NCBI RefSeq assembly: GCF_009834535.1
Contig: NC_045732.1
Location: 13,082,001-13,146,000, forward strand
Length of the DNA stretch: 64,000 nucleotides
Origin: Camelus ferus
Lineage: Eukaryota
Direction: 5' to 3'
The notes under the pieces were generated by a model. That model ran no database searches. It was given only the letters and a program-made list of their open reading frames with translations, and had not been told where the DNA came from. Position 1 is the stretch's first letter. Every line of letters begins with the position of its first letter. The position numbers and the translations under genes are program-made. Of the stretch, positions 1-10,260 are shown piece after piece.

Positions 1-235
1 GGCAGGACAGGGGGAGAGGAGTCAGAGGAACAAATTATTACTTATAAAATAAATAAGCTACAAGCATGTAGTGTCCAGCACAGGGAACAGAGCCAGGACT
101 TTATAATCATTTTAAATGGAGTGTAAGCTTTAAAACTTGGGAATCACTATATTGTACACCTGTAATGTATCATGTTGGACAGTGAATATGCTCCAGTACA
201 AACCAACCAACCAAACCAAGCCAAACCAACAAAAA
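1..235 (+). mobile_element. LINE-1 3' UTR end (cetartiodactyl-type) with A-rich tail
   Basis: AAATAAATAAGCTACAAG...CAGCACAGGGAA...TTTAAATGGAGTGTAA...GAATCACTATATTGTACACCTG resembles the recalled artiodactyl L1 3' end. It is followed by an (AACC)/A-rich tail. Confidence 0.8.
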
Positions 236-689
236 AGCCCTCCAGCTCAGCCCAGCTCTAACGGGTCTTCAATCCCCGCATTCACACAGGCACCTCTCAT
301 CTGGGGGGTCCACTGTTGTCTGTGGCGGCAAAACCTAATAAACTCCTTCTCTATTTTCGTTCTTTGTGTTTGATAAATTCTTTTACCATCTTTGACACAG
401 GCCTGCCATGTCCCCCAACAATTGGGTGTTAAAAAATGCTTGTAAAAGTTTTCTGTATTATAATATCATAAAGCCCTGCTAATTAAAAAAAAAGGCAAAA
501 AGAAAGAGTGTTGATTTCCCTTGGGTGCTGCGTCTAAGAGGGTCGAGCTCTCAGCTGGGGCCCCATCCCTGGGCAGGCCCTGCATTTTTGAGGTGTCAGG
601 GGGCTCAGTTGGAAGATGCTGCCTTAGGGAAGGTGCTGCCCCCCCCCCCCGAGACTCCCCCCCAGGGCGGGCGAGCCGCGTCCTTCTAA

Positions 690-1180
690 CACCAGACATC
701 TGGAGGCTTCAACTTTTATTCCCCAGAACCGCATTTGCCGCTGTCAGGACGCGCCTGGCCCCACTCACCTCCTAAAACGAACGTCAACCCAGAAGAAAAG
801 AGAGGGCAACCCACCGAGGGAACGGCCGTCGAATCGGAAACATATGGCTTAACATTCCGGCGAAAACATTTATGGCTTGGGTAACGAGGGAGGCGCTCGG
901 AAAAGATCGCGGCAGCGGAAAAAATCGTTTTAAGATGTTGCCCTGACCTCGCCACAAGCCAGGATGGCCCTGCCAACTGAAAACACGCTTTTCTTGGAAG
1001 TTTCCGGGTGTTCCGTCTGGCCGCCCCACCACTGACACTCGGCAGGGTTTCCCAAACCTGAGTCGGCCGCAGCCCCCTCAGAGCCTCCCCCAGGCGGCCG
1101 CGCAGGTGCACGGGCTCGGGCGCCCTGACTCCGGGCGCGCTGGCTGAGGTTGGCGCCAGGGCACCAGCACCCCTCCCAGA
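690..1180. promoter_or_regulatory. CpG-rich segment (CpG-island-like)
   Basis: Visibly dense CG dinucleotides in GC-rich non-repetitive sequence. The obs/exp ratio was not computed. Confidence 0.4.
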
Positions 1181-1394
1181 GCTTCCTCAGCTTCCCCTCG
1201 ACATAGGAATCCCGGACCCCCTGCAGGCCCTTCGGATACGATCCATGTGCTACAGTTTCTACCATGAATGTCATAGACAGTCTCTCCCTGAGAATTCTGT
1301 GTTTCTCTCAGCACCCGTCTCCCAGATGATGGGCAGAGATGGTCCTGAGGTAGGAAATCCTGGAAAGAAAGGAGAGATTCAATCTGGGTACCTG

Positions 1395-1790
1395 GGATGG
1401 GGTGGGAGGCGATGGGAGGAGGGAGAGGAGAGGAGTGGGCGATGGGGACAGTGAGGAGGGAGGGGGATGGGGGATGGGGATGGGGGATGGGGATGGGGAG
1501 GGAGGGGTGCTGGGGAGGGTTAAGCTGGGGAGGGGTACAGTGGAGGGGGTGGTGGAATGGAGGGGGACAGTGCAGGGGGAAGGGGACAGTGGGGAGGGAG
1601 GGGGATGGTGGAGGTGGAGGGGGACACTGCAGCGGGAGGGGGACGCTGGAGACGGGGGCAGTAGCAGGGGAGGGGTGATGGAAGGGAGGGGGCGGTGGAG
1701 AGGAGGGGAGATGGTGAAGTGGGCGGTGAGGCCGGGGGATTGGCAGGTGGGGGTGGAGGAGTGAGGTGAGGGGTAAGTGGGACGGCAGAT
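1395..1790 (+). repeat. G-rich purine low-complexity tract (GGGGA/GGGGAT-type)
   Basis: Dozens of G3-G5 runs separated by short A/T spacers, with strong strand asymmetry. Confidence 0.9.
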
Positions 1791-3419
1791 GGTGTGAAGG
1801 CTGCTATTCATCCTTCCTGCCCAGTGGTGGACCCGCACCTCCGAAGGGACCAGGCAGGGAGGGTGGGACGTGGGTGTCCTCTAGGACTCAGGCCGACACC
1901 TCAGGTCCCCAGAGCAGGCACCCACCCTCCCTGGGTGGAGGACCCAGAAGGACCCTGAGAGCTTGGCTGGCTCCCTCCACCCCCAGGAGACATCTCCATG
2001 TCCTCAGCCCCGCCTGTGTTCCTGGTCCAGCAGGAGTGGGGACCCCCGCCCCCACCCCGTCCTTGGACAGCAGCGTGTGGGCACGACCCCCTGCACCACG
2101 CCACCCCCGTACCCCTGGCCCACAGCCCGATTTCCCGCTTCCAGTCCCCTCACTTCACTGGAATGCCCCCATGGATCGGATCCGAGAGCTCACAGTTTTC
2201 AACACTGCGGAAGCCAGCGGGCTGGCCCTCTCCCCAGCCAATGCCCTGCCTCCTGGCTGAGCCGGTTTGGCCAGGCGTCCCCTCCCCTCGGCCTCCCCTG
2301 TCCCCTCCCCTCCGTCTCCCTCGCTGACACCTTCACTTCGTGGCAGCTGCTGGTTTTTTTTATTATTTTAATTGGTGCTGGGGCCCAGCGGGTTTACAAG
2401 CCCCATGTTGACACTAACGGTGCTTTAATAAGACGTCTAAGAGGTCACGGGAGCCCGGGGCTCTATAAATGTTTTAATTCACAGAAACCCACCCAAGTAT
2501 TTCCATGTACACCCACTGTGGTCGGGACATAAATTTGACAACAGTCTGCGGTGGATTTTTCCACCTCTGCTTCTTGAAGTACCTTCTCCACGTCCTCCCT
2601 CAAGTCCCCAGCACTTACCCTGCAGGGTTTTGTTTTTTTTTTTCCTGGTCCAAATCAGGCCACCGTGATCTCTGGGAGCCTGAGCACTTAGGAAAATCGC
2701 GCTTTACAACCTACCGGATTTGACCGCAAGAACCCACAGGAAGAAAGCACAGTTCCCGCTGCTCTCTCTCCCGTGTTCCAACACGCACGCCGGGTCATGG
2801 ATGGATGCCCAGACGCACGAGGAAATGGGCTGGGGGTGTCCCTTCCCAGGTAACTTCAGCTGTCGTCTCTGCACTTGGAAGACACTCCTGGCCGTGTGCT
2901 GCCGGTGGTTGTACGTGGCGGGGACTGAGTGGCATCTGAGGCTGCTTTGCAGGCAGTCACGTAAGGACCCGTCTTCTGGGCACGTGCTTCACACTGGCTA
3001 CGTAAAATCTGCACAGACCAAAGATAGGGGCGGAAGGGTTTGAAGACAGGGGCTCCCGCATCTGGACTTCCAACTTGAACAACAGCGTAAAAAATGTGTG
3101 CCGGGATCTCCTCGGAGCAGAGAGGCCGGGGCTCGGCGGTGCTGACTCCCCATCTGTGGTTTCGTGGAGCAGGGCTCGGACAAGCGGATTTTGTAGACAG
3201 GTCTGGATGCAGAGGGACAAGGGAGGCAGACATTTGCGTCTTCCCAACTTGGCCAAGAACCGCAGGAGAAGTACAGGCCCCTGCATGTCTCCTGGTCTTC
3301 TTTACTGGGAAAGGGTGCAGAACAGTGGCCTCTGCTTCTCTGCGTCTGACGATGTTACACACCTTGCAGACGGACTTGCCTTTCAGCGCCTAGCTTCTTC
3401 CACTGTGCGTGACGTCCCC

Positions 3420-3630
3420 TAGGTCCATTTGTGTTGTCCCAAGCGGCAGAGCGTCCTTTTTCAAGGCTGCATGATATTCCGTGGTGTATTTATCCTGTAT
3501 CTTCTTTACCCGTTCATCCAGGGACAGACACTGGGACGGTTTCTGTATCTTTCCTGTGCTGAACAGTGGTGCAGACACCTCCTCAAGATCCTCACTTCGT
3601 GTCTCTGGGGACATAAATAAAGGGGGTATT
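3420..3630 (-). mobile_element. Old L1M (L1MA/MB-like) 3' fragment
   Basis: AGGTCCATTTGTGTTGTC...AAGGCTGCATGATATTCCGTGGTG...CTCAAGATCCTCACTTC is similar to the antisense L1M 3' region. Confidence 0.65.
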
Positions 3631-4598
3631 TTAAACAGGAAAGAAACCGTGGAAGGCTTGGCCATTGTGTAGCGGCCGCAGGACAAAGAGGACAATATTA
3701 AGAGCTGGCGGTTCTCCCATTAACCAGAGATAAAGATCACGGGCCCCAGAAACTCAGTGGGAACCACAGTGTCCCCCTCTGTGAACTGTGTGACGTGGGG
3801 CACAGCCCCTTCCTGCATGTCCAGCGGGCATCGCCCACCCTGGCCTGACGCACTATCCCATCTCCGCATCTCAGGGCCGGTGAGCTCCATCTGCATGGCC
3901 TTTTATTCACCTTGCTTTTCGTAGACATGCGGTTACCAGGGAAGTTCTCAGCCGAGAGTCTCCCAGAGTCCATTTCGACAAGATGTAGAGGGAACTGTTC
4001 AAACCGCACAAGGAGCTCTGATGGAATCGTCATTGTCCAGCTATAAACGTAACCTCAGAAAGGACGGTGGGCGTGCTGCCAGTGTGGCCACTCGACTCTG
4101 CTGGGACCTCATTCTCAGGAAGCGCCTGTGTCCCCGAGCTGGGGGCGTCCCCGTCCCCGTGTGACCTGGCGGTCTCTCCACACAGCTGACGGCTTCCCTG
4201 CAGGATGGCAGCCCATGGTCAGTGCTGCCTCCTGTCAGCTGCCCAGCGGGAAGCTCAAGGCTGAAGCTGGAAGGGGAGGAGGTGGCCAGGACAGCACAGC
4301 TCTTGCTGAGGTCACCTGACAAGGAGCACAGGGACCCCTGTCCCACTTTGCCTGGGGCGGATGGGGTTCCTCGGATGCAGGACTTTTACTTTTAAAACAA
4401 GGACAATCCCAAGGGAACCAGGATGAGTCAGTCACCCTGCGTCTCCAAGCCAGGTCACTGGATGGTCCCGCTGTGACCTCCAGACCACAGGTACCCCTTT
4501 CATGACTATGACTGTCACCCAGTGAAGCCCGAAACGTAAGTCCAACACAATGGATCCTTATTTTAAAAGAAAAAAAGGCACTGGAAGATTTGCAATCC

Positions 4599-4720
4599 AC
4601 AGAGGAGAAGCCACGTGGAGACGGAGGCAGAGACGGGAGGGAGGCGGCCACCAGCCCAGGGATGGACGCCTGGAGCCCCCAGAAGCTGGAAGAGGCAGGA
4701 GGGGCCGTCCCCTAGAACCC
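4599..4720 (+). mobile_element. MLT1C/D-like MaLR LTR, partial (homogenised core copy 1)
   Basis: CACAGAGGAGAAGCCACGTGGAGACGGAGGCAGAGACGGGAGGGAGGCGGCCACCAGCCCAGGGATGGACGCCTGGAGCCCCCAGAAGCTGGAAGAGGCAGG is nearly identical to four other copies in the window. Confidence 0.85.
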
Positions 4721-5079
4721 GGCTTAAAGGTTACCTGTGTAAGCCCGCGTGCGAGTGAGGTCAGACCTGCAGAAAATCAGGTCCTCAAACTCCAGGTACG
4801 TTCATTTCCATGTGACTCCACGGACACCCAGGGCATCGAGGGCTTGGGGCCCCCGGCCGCTTCCTCGGAACCTGCGTGCCCCTGCCCCCAGGGAAACCGC
4901 GACCCCACTTCTCTGTAGAGCCATTACCAACTTGCTGGCAGGCCTCCCTCCAGGGTTTCCAAGAGGACGTGAGCTGAGAAATGGGCCCCATTTCTAGGAC
5001 CGACACCTCTGTAACTGTTCACCTCTCCCCCGTGAGATGAGGGGGGATCCCTCTAAATGACTTTGGACAATTGTTGGTG

Positions 5080-5477
5080 GGTATAAATTTGCTTGGGCTG
5101 CTGTAACAGACACCACAGACACCACAGACAGGGCGATTTAAACATCAGACACTGTCTCTCCCAGTCCTGGAGGCTGGGATCTGAGGTCAGGGTGTCAGCA
5201 GGGCTGGTGTCTCCTGAGCCCTCTCCCCTTGGTGTGTGGACGGCCGTCTCCTCCCTGTGTCCTCCCGTGGGCGTCCCTCTGTGTGTGCCTGGGTCCTCAT
5301 CTCCTCTTCTTTATAAGGACCCCCCTTCTATAGGATCAGGACCCACCCTAGTGACCTCATTTTATCTCCATCATGTCTTTAAAGACCCCCATCTCCAAAT
5401 CAGGCACATTCGGAGGTCCTGGGGGTCAGGACTTCAACATCAGAATTTGGGGGGCGGGCACAGTTCAGCCCATGACA
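5080..5477 (-). mobile_element. MLT1A-like MaLR solo LTR
   Basis: GGGCTGCTGTAACA...GTCCTGGAGGCTGGGATCTGAGGTCAGGGTGTC...CTTTATAAGGAC...GACTTCAACATCAGAATTTGGGGG...TTCAGCCCATGACA follows the antisense MLT1A layout over about 400 bp. Confidence 0.8.
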
Positions 5478-5894
5478 GTCTCTGAGACCAGAGTGGCTTT
5501 TCGCTCTTAGGAGGGGCTTTTAGTGAAAAGCCATGAGCCGTGTTAGTCCTGTGCCGTGGCTGGACGCCAGGCGGAGGGAGGCGCACTGAAGGAGGAAAGA
5601 GCCAGGGCACCGACTTTGCTTCAGTCTGGGGCTCCCTGGTGAACTCGGCCCTGGGAGGTCAGCGGGCCCCTGGGCGGCTCAGACGCCCCCGCTGTCTGTT
5701 CCCGGTGGGGACTTCCAGCACCAGGAACCCCCCGGCGGTCGCACACTTTTCGATGTTGGAATCTTGCCCGAGCTGGTTGCAGCGAGGGGTGCAGAGACAG
5801 AAAGCGTCTCCCCACAAAACTCTGCCGAGACCCACGGTGGCCCTTCCCCTGGGTGTTCAACCGAAGGACTTTGCAAATCTCCATGGGAGCCCTC

Positions 5895-6258
5895 NNNNNN
5901 NNNNNNNNNNNNNNNNNNNNNNNNNNNNNNNNNNNNNNNNNNNNNNNNNNNNNNNNNNNNNNNNNNNNNNNNNNNNNNNNNNNNNNNNNNNNNNNNNNNN
6001 NNNNNNNNNNNNNNNNNNNNNNNNNNNNNNNNNNNNNNNNNNNNNNNNNNNNNNNNNNNNNNNNNNNNNNNNNNNNNNNNNNNNNNNNNNNNNNNNNNNN
6101 NNNNNNNNNNNNNNNNNNNNNNNNNNNNNNNNNNNNNNNNNNNNNNNNNNNNNNNNNNNNNNNNNNNNNNNNNNNNNNNNNNNNNNNNNNNNNNNNNNNN
6201 NNNNNNNNNNNNNNNNNNNNNNNNNNNNNNNNNNNNNNNNNNNNNNNNNNNNNNNNNN
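5895..6258. other. Assembly gap (364 N)
   Basis: Run of N. Confidence 1.
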
Positions 6259-7708
6259 CAGCTCCCTGAGGACTGCTCAGTTAGATTTCTGTTGTCTTCC
6301 CATCTCCGTGTGCTCTAAAGCCACCCTCCTGAGCACTTCTCACTTACTGTCACACTTTGTGGGTCTGTCCTGCGGGACGAAGTGGGTCACAAGTCGTTTC
6401 CCGAGAGTCTTGTCGTAAACCCTGTAATCAAGTGGTCGGCGGGGTGGCTGGACCAGGCCTTCTGCTGCTGCAGTTCTCCGATGACAACTGACAAATGTTG
6501 GGAAACCACCGTGCCCCCGCCGCAAACTTGAAAGAATGAATCCACATTCCTTAATAGCAGGCCGTGGGTATTACCGCGTGTTCTGATTAGCAAGACCCAA
6601 CTAACGGACTTGCCATCACGGCTCCAAAGCGGCCGCTCCCCCCTCCCCGCCGAGCTAAACACGTAGAAAATTAACCAAGTCTGTGACCCAACAACCAACA
6701 ATTCATAAATTCATTAGATTACAAAAAAAAAAAAAATACCGACCAGCAACACAGCAATTGCCTTTAATAGGTTTCGTTTCTATGTCTAATTTACATTTCT
6801 GCCGGCCCTGGCAAAGATATTACTTCATTAAGATTTTTTTTTCTAAATTAGAGAAATTTTAATGACTTCTCTTATTTATTGCTTCCATATGTAAGTAGTT
6901 ATCTTTCTTACAAATGGAAATGAGACCCCAAAATTACCACAAATGGGGCCAGGCCGCGGAGCGCATGTGTTCTGTCTCTGAGCGGGTCCACCTGCCTCCT
7001 CGAATTACCGTTAACCCGCCCGTCCATTCAGCAGACTCTCTAATAAGCGGGCTTTGAAAGTCACTCTCGTTAAATTTATTTGGGACCACGGAGAACACTC
7101 CATCACGGTTTCGGCAAATGAGCTCTGATAATATTAAACACCTGGTAAGCCCCGGCCCCCGGGGGACCCCGTAGGGCTGCATTTGACCCCTGGCCCCGCA
7201 GCCCTGTGATTCGTGGGCTGAATTCAGACAGGAGGCGATTCTGAGGGAAAACACCTGTTGGCCGAGATGACCTCAGAGCAGGAGACAGAGGCAGCTGGCA
7301 GAGCTCGGCCCTGGGGCAGGGCTGAAACAGGTGTTTCCTCCAGGAGGGGCTGGGGTGCTTCGGGATGCCACCAGAAAAATGGAGGGGCCCCAGCGTTAGC
7401 CTGCCAGGTGGGTGACAGTGATTCCATCTTCCCAGGGGGATCTGAGACCAGTGAAGGTGCAGCCCTGGGAAGCCAGGGAAGTCCTTCTGGGGTCTTCCTG
7501 AGAAGGGATGGGAGGAAAGAACCCTTCACGGCCATCCCGAAGGGTTCTGCGACTTGCTTTCAGGAGGGGCACCCCCAAACGAGAGCTTAGAAGTTGTGGG
7601 AACAAACGGTTGAGTAGAAACTGGGTCTCAGGCAGTAACCGATGCCGCTCTCCTCCTGGTCAACCGCAAGTCATGCCGGTAGCAAATGGGATTTACACCG
7701 CAGGGGTA

Positions 7709-9656
7709 GGACCCCCAGATGGAGAATGCCATGGAGGTTTCTACTGCAGATGCGGGTCCCCCAGATGGAGGACACGGGACATTCCTCTGCAGATGCAGGA
7801 CCCCCAGATGGAGGACACGGGACATTCCTCTGCAGATGCGGGACCCCCAGATGGAGGACACGGGACATTCCTCTGCAGATGCAGGTACCCCCAGATGGAG
7901 GACACGGGACATTCCTCTGCAGATGCGGGTCCCCCAGATGGAGGACACGGGACATTCCTCTGCAGATGCAGGACCCCCAGATGGAGAATGCCATGGAGGT
8001 TTCTACTGCAGATGCGGGTCCCCCAGATGGAGGACACGGGACATTCCTCTGCAGATGCGGGTCCCCCAGATGGAGAATGCCATGGAGGTTTCTACTGCAG
8101 ATGCGGGTCCCCCAGATGGAGGACACGGGACATTCCTCTGCAGATGCGGGTCCCCCAGATGGAGGACACGGGACATTCCTCTGCAGATGCGGGTCCCCCA
8201 GATGGAGGACACGGGACATTCCTCTGCAGATGCAGGACCCCCAGATGGAGGACACGGGACATTCCTCTGCAGATGCGGGTCCCCCAGATGGAGAATGCCA
8301 TGGAGGTTTCTACTGCAGATGCGGGTCCCCCAGATGGAGGACACGGGACATTCCTCTGCAGATGCGGGTCCCCCAGATGGAGGACACGGGACATTCCTCT
8401 GCAGATGCAGGACCCCCAGATGGAGAATGCCATGGAGGTTTCTACTGCAGATGCGGGTCCCCCAGATGGAGGACACGGGACATTCCTCTGCAGATGCGGG
8501 TCCCCCAGATGGAGGACACGGGACATTCCTCTGCAGATGCAGGACCCCCAGATGGAGAATGCCATGGAGGTTTCTACTGCAGATGCGGGTCCCCAGATGG
8601 AGGACACGGGACATTCCTCTGCAGATGCGGGTCCCCCAGATGGAGGACACGGGACATTCCTCTGCAGATGCAGGACCCCCAGATGGAGAATGCCATGGAG
8701 GCTTCTACTGCAGATGCAGGACCCCCAGATGGAGGGACACGGGACATTCCTCTGCAGATGCAGGACCCCCAGATGGAGGACACGGGACATTCCTCTGCAG
8801 ATGCGGGTCCCCCAGATGGAGGACACGGGACATTCCTCTGCAGATGCAGGACCCCCAGATGGAGAATGCCATGGAGGTTTCTACTGCAGATGCGGGTCCC
8901 CCAGATGGAGGACACAGGACATTCCTCTGCAGATGCGGGTCCCCCAGATGGAGGACACGGGACATTCCTCTGCAGATGCAGGACCCCCAGATGGAGGACA
9001 CGGGACATTCCTCTGCAGATGCAGGACCCCCAGATGGAGGACACGGGACATTCCTCTGCAGATGCGGGTCCCCCAGATGGAGAATGCCATGGAGGTTTCT
9101 ACTGCAGATGCGGGTCCCCCAGATGGAGGACACGGGACATTCCTCTGCAGATGCGGGTCCCCCAGATGGAGGACACGGGACATTCCTCTGCAGATGCAGG
9201 ACCCCCAGATGGAGAATGCCATGGAGGTTTCTACTGCAGATGCGGGTCCCCCAGATGGAGGACACGGGACATTCCTCTGCAGATGCGGGTCCCCCAGATG
9301 GAGAATGCCATGGAGGTTTCTACTGCAGATGCGGGTCCCCCAGATGGAGGACACGGGACATTCCTCTGCAGATGCGGGTCCCCCAGATGGAGGACACGGG
9401 ACATTCCTCTGCAGATGCAGGACCCCCAGATGGAGAATGCCATGGAGGTTTCTACTGCAGATGCGGGTCCCCCAGATGGAGGACACGGGACATTCCTCTG
9501 CAGATGCGGGTCCCCCAGATGGAGGACACGGGACATTCCTCTGCAGATGCGGGTCCCCCAGATGGAGGACACGGGACATTCCTCTGCAGATGCGGGTCCC
9601 CCAGATGGAGGACACGGGACATTCCTCTGCAGATGCAGGTCCCCCAGATGGAGGAC
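7709..9656. repeat. Two-unit minisatellite (VNTR), about 44-45 units of 43 bp (A) and 46 bp (B)
   Basis: Unit A is (GGGT/AGGA)CCCCCAGATGGAGGACACGGGACATTCCTCTGCAGATGC and unit B is (GGGT/AGGA)CCCCCAGATGGAGAATGCCATGGAGGTTTCTACTGCAGATGC. They are interspersed, often as A-A-B, with roughly a dozen B units and very few point variants. Confidence 0.98.
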
Positions 9657-10129
9657 TGGGCCATATCTCTTACAGATTGCAGGTACTGGTGAGAATTTCA
9701 AGGTCAATTCCAGACAAGTGGGATTTAGCCCCTTCTGGGGCATGGAGAGCTCTCCTTACACAGGATTGCCCCCTTTCTTGACGTGGAAATATCTCAGAAG
9801 GATGTGGTTGGAAATGCCTGGAGGGGGCCTCCAGGTCCCTTCCGCGTCTCCCCAGAAACCAGGGCACAGGGTTTGGTGGCCTGTGGCGCCGCCCACCCTG
9901 CCCCCGGACCCCGCAAGAGGCCCCCTCTTGCTGTCGCTCCGTCCAACACGTCCTGCCAGCTGTCATTACTCATTTTTGTCAACAGCTCTCGGCAGTGAAA
10001 GGCACATATTTAATCTCTCCTTTTATTTATTGAGTGTCTATCCTGAAATAGGATGACAAGGCGGGAAGGTAAGCCCCCTAAATCCTTCCGTTAATTTCTT
10101 CCTACACGGTTTTCAAGGTCACCCTCGGA

Positions 10130-10260
10130 TTGGCGGCGGGGGCGGCGGGGGTGGCGGGCGCCGGCCGGCTGGCCCGGGGCTGTCATCGCGCAGCCTCACC
10201 TGGTGGGGGCCCCAGCCGTGGCCCCCACCCTGGCCTTCCGTTTCCGGCGTCCTCCAGGAC
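10130..10260. promoter_or_regulatory. GC-box/CpG-rich patch
   Basis: GGCGGCGGGGGCGGCGGGGGTGGCGGGCGCCGGCCGG gives GC-box-like (Sp/KLF) runs. Function is not shown. Confidence 0.35.

Noticed and set aside
1308-1838. Pro-rich and Gly-rich ORFs
   Set aside because: They are translations of the G-rich low-complexity tract.
5540-6418. ORFs spanning N runs (also 24465-25277, 27308-27851 and 48009-48443)
   Set aside because: These are artefacts of translating assembly gaps.
7709-9656. CRISPR-like array
   Set aside because: There are only two recurring unit types with no unique spacers and no cas genes, and the context is mammalian. It is a minisatellite.
7709-9656. CTCF site array (CCCCCAGATGGAG)
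   Set aside because: It resembles CCACCAGATGGCG only partly, and the strongly conserved C after GG is replaced by A.
7508-10056. Large protein-coding genes (757, 804 and 657 aa ORFs)
   Set aside because: They are explained by stop-free tandem units. All three frames are equally open, with no domain similarity or exon context.
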